Shown here in pieces: positions 7,863 to 17,400 of a stretch of DNA of 45,231 bases. The position numbers were made by a program, and so were the translations under genes. The DNA lies in the NCBI GenBank assembly GCA_964421535.1, contig CAYQYB010000002.1, forward strand, positions 1 to 45,231, read 5' to 3'. The DNA comes from an uncultured Verrucomicrobiota bacterium. Lineage in GTDB: Bacteria > Verrucomicrobiota > Kiritimatiellia > CAIQIC01 > JAGNIJ01. The notes under the pieces are model-generated. The model saw only the letters and a list, made by a program, of their open reading frames with translations. It was not told the origin of the DNA and made no database searches. Every line of letters starts with the position of its first letter. Position 1 is the stretch's first letter.

Positions 7863-10800
7863 ATGGCCGCCAAACCGCGAGCAAAGACCATTTCGGATTA
7901 TCTCGACCGGCTCACCGGGCCGGCCGACCGGGCACGGCGGGCCCGGGAGGCCAAGGCCGACATCATCTGCGTCGGCGGCGGGCGCAAGTATCTCCGGAAG
8001 AGGATCATCTCCAGGGGGGAGATGGGGGTGATCTACGAGGTCGAGGACGTGGACTGCCGCCGCACCGTCGCGCTGAAGGTCCTGCCGCGCAGGCGCGGCG
8101 TACCCGCCAAGGACACGCTCCGGTTCATCGCCGAGGCCCAGATCACCTCCCAGCTCGAGCACCCGAACATCGTCCCCATTCACGACCTCGGCATCGACGA
8201 CGACGGCAACGTGTTCTACACCATGAAGTACGTGCGCGGGCACACGCTGGCCGAGGTGCTGGACCGGATCAAGCGCGGCGACCCGGACACGATCCGCAAG
8301 TACCCGCTGTCCCGCCTGCTGAACGTCTTCCAGCGCATCTGCGAGGCGCTGACGTTCGCGCACGCGCGCCGCGTCGTGCACCGCGACATCAAGCCCAGCA
8401 ACGTGATGCTGGGCGACTACGGCGAGGTGCTGCTCATGGATTGGGGGCTGGCCAAGCCGGTCGACTCGTTGAAGCCCGTCGCGGCCGCCGCGCCGGCCCA
8501 CTCCCTGCCGTCGGTATCCACGCGTCGGACCGAGGGCCAGGGCTTCTCCCTGGGAACCCTGAAGGGACAGGTGCTCGGCAGCCCGGGGTTCATGGCGCCG
8601 GAGCAGGTGTATGACCACGACCGCATCGACACGCGGGCGGACATCTACGGGCTGGGCGCCGTCCTGTACCACATCCTGACGCTGCAGCCCACGGTCCCCC
8701 CCAGCGGCGCGATGAACGTGCTCAAGAGAATCGTGTCCGGCGACTTCCCCCCGCCGCTGTTCTTCGACCGCGGCGGGGCCTCGCCGCAGAAGTTCCCGCA
8801 CTGCCCTGACGGCCGCATACCGCCCATCCTGTCCGACATCGCGATGCGCGCCCTGGCGACGAACCCGGACGAGCGCTATCCAACGGTCGCGTCGCTGCAG
8901 GAAGACGTCGAGGCGTATCAGAACGGCCAGATCTGGATCCCGGTGATCGACGAGGATTTCACGGATCCGAACATCGAGGACCGGTGGGACCTGGTCAACG
9001 CCCGCGGGGAACTGCGCGACGGCGAGTTCGTCGTCGACGGCGGCGAGCCGTTCCTGATGATCCTGAGGAAGCCGGTCTCCGGCGACATCCGCATCGAATT
9101 CGAATGCCAGCAGGACGGCAGCAGCCTGAACGACCTGTCCTGCTTCATCGCGGCCGTTCCGGTGCCGAACAAGCGGGACATCTACCTGACCGGCTACGAG
9201 TTCAAGTTCGGCGGGTACAACAACTCCATGATCCTGCTCATCCGGAACGACATCCGGCTCTGGGCCAGGTCCACGTCGCCCATCGAGCGAGGGCGGCGCT
9301 ACCACGTGGTCGCCGAGCGCGTTGGCCCGCGACTGCGCCTGCTGGTGAACGGCGTCGAGATCTACCGGGTCAACGATCCGAACCCTCTTTCGGGCCCGCA
9401 CCGGAACGTGGCGGGCCTGTTCGGCTGGAGCGCGACGACGCGGTACTTCCGCGTGCGCATCTACACGCTTCAAGCTGCGGGACAGAGCGACCTGCTCGAT
9501 TTCGCAGACCGCCAGGCGCAGAAGGGCAACTACGCGATGGCGGAAATGCTGTACGACGAGGTGGCGCGCACGTATCGCGATCCGATCAAGGCCCAGCACG
9601 CCCGCGAGGGACTCGACATCGCCATCCGCAACAAGATGCTCAGCGAGGACATCCCCAGGATCCGCGAGCACCTGGAACGAACCTGGCCGGGACGGATCGT
9701 CCAGCTGGCCCTGGACCACGACGGGCTGACGCTCGACATCACCGGCGGCAGCATCACGGACCTGGAACCGCTGCGGGGACTGCCGATCCGCGCGCTCCAC
9801 TGCGCCAGCAACCGGATCCGGAGCCTCGAGCCTCTCCGGGGCATGAAACTGGTGTCGCTGGATTGTTCGGGCAACCCTCTTTCAAGTCTCGACCCGATCC
9901 GGAACATGCCCATGGCGAAGCTGCTTTGCGAATGCTGCGCGATCACCGACATCACGCCGCTGCAGGGCATGCCCCTCCAGCTTCTCTCCGCCGGCGGCAA
10001 CCCGCTCGGCTCGCTGGAGCATCTGCGGGGGCTCCCCCTGACCAACCTGTACATCTGGGGGACGGGCATCCGCGACCTCGAGCCGCTGCGCGGCATGCCG
10101 CTCACCACCCTGCACTGCAACGCGAACCGCATTGCCGATCTCGGGCCTCTCGAATCGGCGCCCCTCGTATCGCTCAACTGCGCCGGCAACGAGATCGAGC
10201 GTCTCGATCCGCTCCGCGGCATGCCGCTCCGGTTCCTGACCCTCAACCAGAACCGGATCTCGGACCTGGGACCGCTGCGCGGAAGCCAGATCTGCATCCT
10301 GACCTGCGCGGGCAACCGCATCCGGAGCCTCGCGCCCCTCGAAGCGATGCCGCTGTTCGGGCTCGTCTGCGGCAACAACGAGCTGGCCAGCCTCGATCCC
10401 TTCGTGGAGAACCCGCCGACCAACTTCACCTACGACTGCGACACGCTGAACGCGCGGGAGATTCGGCGCGCGCGATCCGCATGGAAGCGAAGGAAGGACC
10501 GCCTTCCGCTGGCCAACCAGGCCGACGTCCTCCTCGCGCTGCGGGAAGGCAAAACCGAGGCCCTGCACGGCCTGGCGGCGCACGTGGATCGCCACGCGTA
10601 TCTCTTCATTCCGAAGTCCATGACCTGGGAGGATGCGCGCGCGTTCTGCGAGCAGCTGGGCGGACATCTGTTCGTCGTCCGGTCGGAAGAAGAGCACGCG
10701 CTCCTCGATTCCTGGTTCGGCTCCTACTGGGTCTGGATGGGGCTGCGGGTGACGGAACACGGTCCTGAATGGGTAACCGGCGAACCGGTGGAGTACACGA

Positions 10801-10952
10801 ACTTCGCGAATCTTCTGCATGCGCTGCGGATCGGCCCCAAGGTGTTCGCGAAGAAATGGTCCTCCCAGGACGAGCCCGGCTTCGAGAACTGCTTCGTGAT
10901 CGAATGGGACCTGCCGTTCGAACGCGCTCACACCCGCCGAAACCATCAATAG
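7863..10952 (+). CDS. Ser/Thr protein kinase with jelly-roll (ConA/DUF1080-like) domain, ~11 leucine-rich repeats and C-terminal C-type lectin-like domain
   Basis: ATG 7863 is preferred over the listed TTG 7800. Hanks kinase motifs: VALKVL, HRDIKPSNVML, DWGLAK (DFG position), GSPGFMAPE. These are followed by a jelly roll (YHVVAERVGPRLRLLVNGVEIYRVND), a helical linker, the LRR array and a CTLD (MTWEDARAFCEQLGGHLFVVRSEEEH...WVWMGL...WVTGEP...ENCFVIEW). I see no signal peptide or hydrophobic helix. Confidence 0.9.
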   Translation: MAAKPRAKTISDYLDRLTGPADRARRAREAKADIICVGGGRKYLRKRIISRGEMGVIYEVEDVDCRRTVALKVLPRRRGVPAKDTLRFIAEAQITSQLEHPNIVPIHDLGIDDDGNVFYTMKYVRGHTLAEVLDRIKRGDPDTIRKYPLSRLLNVFQRICEALTFAHARRVVHRDIKPSNVMLGDYGEVLLMDWGLAKPVDSLKPVAAAAPAHSLPSVSTRRTEGQGFSLGTLKGQVLGSPGFMAPEQVYDHDRIDTRADIYGLGAVLYHILTLQPTVPPSGAMNVLKRIVSGDFPPPLFFDRGGASPQKFPHCPDGRIPPILSDIAMRALATNPDERYPTVASLQEDVEAYQNGQIWIPVIDEDFTDPNIEDRWDLVNARGELRDGEFVVDGGEPFLMILRKPVSGDIRIEFECQQDGSSLNDLSCFIAAVPVPNKRDIYLTGYEFKFGGYNNSMILLIRNDIRLWARSTSPIERGRRYHVVAERVGPRLRLLVNGVEIYRVNDPNPLSGPHRNVAGLFGWSATTRYFRVRIYTLQAAGQSDLLDFADRQAQKGNYAMAEMLYDEVARTYRDPIKAQHAREGLDIAIRNKMLSEDIPRIREHLERTWPGRIVQLALDHDGLTLDITGGSITDLEPLRGLPIRALHCASNRIRSLEPLRGMKLVSLDCSGNPLSSLDPIRNMPMAKLLCECCAITDITPLQGMPLQLLSAGGNPLGSLEHLRGLPLTNLYIWGTGIRDLEPLRGMPLTTLHCNANRIADLGPLESAPLVSLNCAGNEIERLDPLRGMPLRFLTLNQNRISDLGPLRGSQICILTCAGNRIRSLAPLEAMPLFGLVCGNNELASLDPFVENPPTNFTYDCDTLNAREIRRARSAWKRRKDRLPLANQADVLLALREGKTEALHGLAAHVDRHAYLFIPKSMTWEDARAFCEQLGGHLFVVRSEEEHALLDSWFGSYWVWMGLRVTEHGPEWVTGEPVEYTNFANLLHALRIGPKVFAKKWSSQDEPGFENCFVIEWDLPFERAHTRRNHQ
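9753..10432 (+). repeat. about 11 tandem 22-residue leucine-rich repeats (66-nt periodicity) inside the kinase gene
   Basis: Repeating L(E/D)PLRGMPLxxLxCxxNxIxx units, for example LEPLRGMKLVSLDCSGNPLSS, LEPLRGMPLTTLHCNANRIAD and LDPLRGMPLRFLTLNQNRISD. Confidence 0.85.
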
Positions 10953-10956
10953 GCAT

Positions 10957-10984
10957 ATGACAAGCGCGGCGGCCGTGTTATATT
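10957..10984 (+). promoter_or_regulatory. sigma70-like promoter for the small RHH gene
   Basis: ATGACA (10957-10962), 16 nt, TATATT (10979-10984): 5/6 and 5/6 matches to TTGACA/TATAAT. The -10 ends 9 nt before ATG 10994 and there is no Shine-Dalgarno. This implies a leaderless or near-leaderless mRNA. Confidence 0.45.
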
Positions 10985-10993
10985 GATTGTGTT

Positions 10994-11164
10994 ATGAAAA
11001 GAGGACGCGGAAGACCTCCGTTGGCAAAAGGGGAACGACGCCAGGAGACCATTTCGTTGCGCCTGAAGACCAACGAAGTGGATGCGTTGCGCAAAGCGGC
11101 CTCCAAGTCAGGGAAGACCCTGTCTGAGTGGCTGAGGAAAAATCTCCTCGACTCCGCGAAGTAA
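10994..11164 (+). CDS. small ribbon-helix-helix (CopG/Arc/MetJ-like) DNA-binding protein, 56 aa, not in the ORF track
   Basis: My translation is MKRGRGRPPLAKGERRQETISLRLKTNEVDALRKAASKSGKTLSEWLRKNLLDSAK. It has a basic N-terminal tail, a short beta-strand (ISLRL) and two helices, which is the typical RHH layout. It has its own promoter-like element and a weak hairpin at 11166-11179 after the stop. No partner toxin ORF follows. Confidence 0.55.
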   Translation: MKRGRGRPPLAKGERRQETISLRLKTNEVDALRKAASKSGKTLSEWLRKNLLDSAK

Positions 11165-11350
11165 AAGCCGCCGTCGGCTCTGTCTTCGTTCGCGGCGCAG
11201 GCGGGACAGGCTCGGGCTGTTCCTCTACACCTGTATCGTGAAGCGGTCCCGGCCCGCGCCCCGTTCAACACGCATCTCCCGCCCCGATGAGCGCGCTCCA
11301 TTGACGTCTTCGCGAACGGAGCGCATCGAGGCAGGCGGCGATAAACGATC

Positions 11351-11376
11351 GGGGGCGGCGCGTCTGCGCCGCCCCC
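11351..11376 (-). terminator. strong GC hairpin terminator downstream of the giant gene
   Basis: Perfect 11-bp stem GGGGGCGGCGC / GCGCCGCCCCC with a 4-nt loop (GTCT). It lies about 30 nt after the stop of the 3109-aa gene. On the minus strand it is followed by GATCGTTTAT. Confidence 0.6.
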
Positions 11377-11406
11377 GCTCATTCTACAGGACGCTCTACC
11401 CGGAAC

Positions 11407-14400
11407 TCAGGGCGTGAGCGACCAACGGACATTGTCGATGCTGAACTGGTTTGCATCGCCGTCCATCCGCTGCCAGCTCGGATACGAGCTGCTGAAGTCG
11501 GTGCTCTTGAGGATGCACGGCGTGTTGAACGGAGTATCCAGCGCCATGAACAGCGTGCCCGAATCCGTGAACACGAAGTCGGACGCGTTGCCGTAGTACC
11601 CGCACCACGAGCCGGACCACGAGGCGCCGCCGTCGGTCGTCTTGTAGACCGATCCGTTCACGCCGCACACGAAGCCCGTCTGCGTGTTCTGCCAGCCCGT
11701 GCCGTAGAACGCGTCATACGAGGCCGGAATGCCGATGTCCGTCCACGTGGCGCCCGCGTCGGCCGACTTCCGGATCGCGGCGCCTTCGCCGGACACCACC
11801 ACGTTCGTCGCGTTGATCACGAACACGTCGACCAGCACCTCGGTGCCGACATCGAGTTCCGTCCACGTCGCGCCCCCGTTCACCGTGCGCATGACCTTGC
11901 CGGTGCCGTACCAGAAGCCGCCGACCGCCCAGCCGTTGTTGGCGTTCGCGAATCGGAGCTTGGAGTAGTACACGTACATGTTCGTGCAGGCATACTGCGC
12001 CGTCCATGTCGCGCCGCCGTTGACGGTCTTGAAGATCCGCCCGTGAACGGCGCGGTCCAGGGCCCAGCCCGTGTTCGCATCGATGAAGTCCACGCTCCAA
12101 ATGCTGGCATTCGTGAACCCGTTCGTCTGCTGCGTCCACGTCAACCCGCCGTCCGTCGTGCGCAGGACGCCCTTGTCGGCCGCGGCGATCCAGCCCGTGT
12201 TCGTGCTGACGAAGTCCACGTCGTAGAACGTCGCGAGCTCGAAGTTCGTGCCCGGGGTCAGGAACGTCCAGTTCGTGCCGCCGTTGCCCGACGTCTTCAG
12301 GATCGAGCTCACCTGCACCCCGCGGCCGCCGTCGTACATCGAGCCGACCGCGTAGCCGACATTCGTCGACGGGAACGAGAGCGACTTCGACCGCGGCGCC
12401 AGGAGCGTCACGGAGAAGGAGCCGAACACGTTCGTGAGCGGCCGGCCGAACCCGAAGTTCGTGATCGGGATCGTGACCTCCTGCCACTGGCCGGCCAGCG
12501 CCGGATTCCAGTTGGAGCCGTAGAGATCGACGGCCTTCTTGGTGTTCAGCGGAGCCTCGATCTCGATCTTGATCGGCCGGCGCGACTTGACCCAGAACTT
12601 CATGTAGTTGAACCGGCTCAGGTCGATCGTGAAGCTCGGGTAGAAGACTCCCCAGCCGCCATACAGGTACGGCACGATGCTCTTCCAGTACTTCACGCCC
12701 TCGGGCGCGCCGTTCGTGTAGTTGCCGTCATTGATGCTGCTGCCCCAGACCGGCGCGCTCGCCCCCATCGGGATGCCGATGTCCGCGTAGGCGATGTAGC
12801 TGCCGCCCGTGCTGTTCATGCGCACAGTCGTCTCCGGCTCCACGCCGGCTCCGCTCGGGGCAAACCGGAACGTGTCGTCACGCCCGATGCGCTGGCCCTG
12901 CGGATCCGCCGCGTTGGTCGGATAGATGTACGCGACCCACGCGTAGTTGCTGCCCGGAGGCACGCCCGCCGGGATCGTGATCGGGTACGCCCCGCTGCCG
13001 CTCGCCACGGACACGGCGAAGTTCGACTCCATGTACCGGCACCCGGTCATCGCGTCCTGCAGGTAGATGCCCATCCGCGACGGAACGATGTCCAGGTTCT
13101 CCCAGTCCACCGGCACGTTCACGGTCTGGCCGATCGACAGGTTGGTCGGGAAGGTGGCTTGCTCCACCATCAGCCGCGGCGTGAAGTACAGCGAGGCCGC
13201 CTGCGAGCCGCGCGTGTTCTCCTCGCGCAGGTACGCAAAGAACTCGTACACGCCGCCGTACGCGGAGCCGTCGTACTCCCACCAGGCCGGGTCGTAGTCC
13301 GGCACGGTCGCCCACAGCATGTCGTTGGTCGTCTTCGGCGCGAACTCGCCGAGCACGTTGTCGCGGAGCGCGGTCGAGTACTGCTCGTCCACGAGCCGGA
13401 ACGAGTCGATGTTCATCGTGCCCGCGTAGTACGGGCTCAGGAAACCGACCGTCGTGGAGGTCCAGTTGGTCACCTGGATCGGCTCGTCCAGGAACACCGG
13501 CACGTTGTTCACGTACAGGTCGGTCCGCTTGTACGGGGCGCCGTCGCGGATGCTCACCCGGACGTCCACCCACTGGAGCTGAGGCACCTGGTTGCTGACG
13601 TAGTTCGGGACGTTGTCCGCCCAGCCGCAGAGGGTCGGGTTCACGTAGCACACGCGCCCGCCGAACGTCATCCCGCCCTCGCTCGCGTTGTTGAAGTACG
13701 CGCGGTACTCCACCGTCACGTTCCGGCCGGTCACGTTCAGGCCCGTGCGCGTGACGTACGCATAGCCGTAGTTCGTGCCGAGCACGGTCGCATACAGCAT
13801 GTTGTTGGTTTCCTGCCAACTGATGTTGGCGTGCGGCGTGATGGTCCAGCCGGAGAGGGTCGCGTCGTTGAAGTTATCCTCGTTCAGCAGCGTGCCCTTC
13901 TCCTTGAAGCCGTACGCCATGGCCACCGACTGCGTCGCGTTGTAGAGCGTCCAGATGTCCCAGTCGCGCCCCGCGTACACGTAGCGCGGCAGGCCCATCA
14001 GCTGCAGGCCGCAGCCCGCGAGCTTGACCAGGGGGCCGCCGTCGTTGCCGGACGAGTACGAGCCGCCGGCCGCGAGCCACGGATCCGCCGCGTCCCACGG
14101 ATAGACGAACATCGACCAGTACAGGTTCGTGCCGGTCATGATGTTCTCCGTCGGGATCGTGATGTAGAGCGTGTTCGTGCCGCTGCCCGTCAGGATCCAG
14201 CCGTTCGTGACCACGACCGTCAGGTCGCCGTCCGGATTCAGCGGATCGAGCTGGTACTTGAGTTCAAGGCGGACCTTGTACGCCTGGCCCTGCACCCATT
14301 CGAACGCTCGCTTGGCGAGGTTGCTGAACACGGTGCCCGTCAGCAACGTCCCCGTGTCGATGCCGAAGTTGAAGCAGAAGACCTTCGCCGGAGCGCCCGG

Positions 14401-17400
14401 GTTGTTCGTGATCGTGTTCACGATCAGCGCCGGCTTGCCGCCGGCGTTCGTGATCGTGCCCAGGGCCTTCCCGCTCGTCACCAGCGGCCACACCACGGCC
14501 GCGCCCGATGCCGTCAGGTTCGAGCCCGGCTTGTAGTCCAGCGTCACGTAGTGGTCGTTGGTGCCAACCACGACGCGGCTCACCAGCGTCAGGTTCGTGA
14601 TCGTCGTGGCCACGCCGAACAGGTCCTCGATGCGGCCCGTGTCGTTCGCGTTCAGCTCGTTCCTGCGCGCGACGCCGCCGTCGGTGGCCAGCAGAGAGTG
14701 CAGACCGTTCGTCAGCCACGTCCGGACGTTCAGCACTTCCGTGTCGCTCATGACGTACGTGCTCGGCAGGACGAGCATCGGGAAGAAGCTCTGCAGGTAG
14801 CCCCAGTCGAGGTTCAGCGGCTTGCCGACCGCGAGCGTCTCGCCGTTGTCGCCGTAGTAGCTCAGCTCATCGTCGTCGATGAAGTAGTAGCCCTTCTGCG
14901 GCTCCCAGATGCCGAGCTGCTCCGCGCGCGTGCCCAGCGCCACCTTGCCGCTTGCGAAGTTCGTCGCCCAGAACGTGCCGACGAGCGCGTTGTTGAAGTA
15001 CACCTTGTTCGTGCTGCCGTAGGCCTCGACCTTCAGGTTGTACCACAGGTTCTCCGCCGGGATGTTCGTCTTGGCGAAGTCATACAGCCAGCCCTGCTGG
15101 GCCACGGCCCCACCCGCCTTGACGGTGTACTTGATCCGCCAGAACCCGTAGTAGTTCCGAATGCCGACCTTGTAGTAGTTGCTCCGGTTCTGGTAGCGGA
15201 ACAGCATCTCCGCGTCGCTGAAGTAGTAGCCCTTCTTCTGGTACCGCACGTCCATGGACAGCGTGTGGTTGGTCCACGTGCCCGAGCTGATGCCGAAGAG
15301 GTTGTCGTCGTTGCCGATGCGCCACGCCCTCAGGCTGTACCCGCTGCCCGTGTTCCGGTAGTCCTCCATCACCTGGTTGGATGTCAGGCAGGTGTTGAAG
15401 ATCTTGATTTCGTCCATCACGCCATTCAGCCCGTAACCCGTGTAGCCACGCGCGATCAGGACCGCGTTCGTTGTCTTCACGGGCAGGGTGTTCGTATCGT
15501 TCGCGTACGTCGTCGTGTTCCGCTGAATGCCGTTCACGAAACTCTTCAACGTGCGGTTCTTCCCGTCACGCGTGATCGTAATATGCATCCACGAGTTGTT
15601 CGTGACGCTGTTCGCCGGCAGCGCAGCCCAGCTGATGTACTGGCCCGAAACCTTGGCCTTGCCCTGGAAGAAGTTCAGCGAGCGGTTCGTCTCGATCGTC
15701 AGCGAGAACTCGCCGCCGTAGCTCTTGTCCAGAGGGTTGATCCGGCCGGAGCCAATGTTCTGCCCCTTGATCCAGAAGCTCAGCGTCAGGTTGCTGTTCA
15801 CCTGCAGGTACGACGTGTTCGTGCAGATGACGTAGTTGGTCGAAGTGAACGAGCCCGCCCGCGTGCGGCGCGCGTCGTTCGTCGTGCGCGGGCCGTTCAC
15901 CGGCGTGCCGTGGTTCGCGCGGCCGGAGCTGTCCACCACCTGCCTCACCCCGTTCGTCCACGCCGCCTCGTCGCACTTCCAGTAACCGACCGTCCCCGTG
16001 ACCAGGCTGGTCGGCGAAGGCAGGACCGCCCAGTTGCCGCAACCGGCAAGCCGCGCCCACCCGGTGTAGTTGCCGTCGTTGAAGTCGTCGGTGAACGTGC
16101 CGTTCACGAGCACGTTGTCGAACAGAACGTCCTGCGGATTGCTGTTGCTGTAGCCCAGCCTCTGCAGCCAGTCGCACACGGCGTTCACCTTGGTGAACTG
16201 CCCGGGGTAGTACTGCTCGGTCTTGCTCGACCGGAAGATCGCCACGCGCGACGGGAACGCGCTGTTGCGCGCCAGCGGCGTGTTCTGCCAGTAGAGCTGC
16301 TCGTAGAGGTCCTCCCACTCGACCGGTATGCTGACGACCTGGCCCTTGATCAGGTTGTTCGAGATCGTGGCGGTCGGTCGAATGCCCCACTCCAGCCGCG
16401 TCGGGAACGGCGTGGACTCGGCCACGCGCTGCGTCGGGCTGACCTCCAGCGAGGCCAGGAACTGGTACTTGCCGCCGTCGATCGTCGACTTGTAATCCGT
16501 GTCGGTCGTGCTGTAGTCCGGGATCCACATCCAGAAGATGTTCTCGCCGTTCGCCACGGCGTTGGTCGTGAGAACCTGGTAGATCTCGTTCGTCACGCCG
16601 TCGCCGTTGTCGCCGGCCTCCATGAACGCCAGCCGCAGCGTCAGTCCGGCGGTGCCCGCGCTGTCATACTTGACCCGCACCGAGATCAGCCGGTTGCTGT
16701 AGCCGACCGGGTGGATGATGGACGGGCCGTCCTTGATCTGCACGACGTAGGGCACGTTGGTGTCCACGACCGCAAACGGCCACGCCGTGCCGTCGCTGAA
16801 AGCGTAGAAGTAGGACCCGGCGTTGAAGAACGCCCAGCCGTTCTTTGTGAAGGGATCGTACGAGCTGTAGCCTCCATAGAGGTAATCTCCGCTCCAGAGC
16901 TGCGCGCCATTCGTCGGATTCAACGCGTAGAACTTGTCGGCGTTGAAGTAGATCGCGTTGTTCGCGCACATCACGGAGCTGCCGTACGCCAACGGGAACT
17001 GGACCTGCCACAGCAGGCTCGTCGACGCCGCGTTGAACGCGTACATGTAGCAGTTGGTCGAGCTGAGCTGCTGGCCCAGGATGAACATCCGCCCGTTGGC
17101 CACAGCCGGCCCGGTTTGCTGGAACATGATATTGAAGCCGCTGTAGTGGAACAGGTTGCTGCCCGTGTTCAGGTCGTACACCCGCACGCCGTCGCCGCCG
17201 TCGTTCATCGCCACGTAGATCCGGTTGCTGTAGACGGCCGGCGCCGACTGCGCCCAGCCCGACCGCGGTATGTAGGTCGACCACATCTGGCTGCCGTTCG
17301 TGGTGTTGAAGGCGTACATCGTGGAGCCGACCACGATCAGCAGCTTGTTGCTGGCCAGCGTGACGCCCGCGTAGTGGGACGAGCCCACCGTGTTGCTCGA

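Noticed and set aside
7770-10949. ORFs 7770..9800 (-, 676 aa), 8984..10768 (+, 594 aa, alternative frame), 9530..10429 (-) and 9882..10949 (-) overlapping the kinase gene
   Set aside because: These are Arg/Pro/Ala/Gly-rich shadow frames without motifs. The 7863..10952 frame has complete kinase, LRR and CTLD signatures.
10978-11382. 134-aa minus-strand ORF between the kinase and giant genes
   Set aside because: It has no RBS or motif and an Arg/Ala-rich composition. It overlaps the plus-strand 56-aa RHH ORF, which has a recognisable fold pattern and its own promoter, and it runs through the terminator hairpin.
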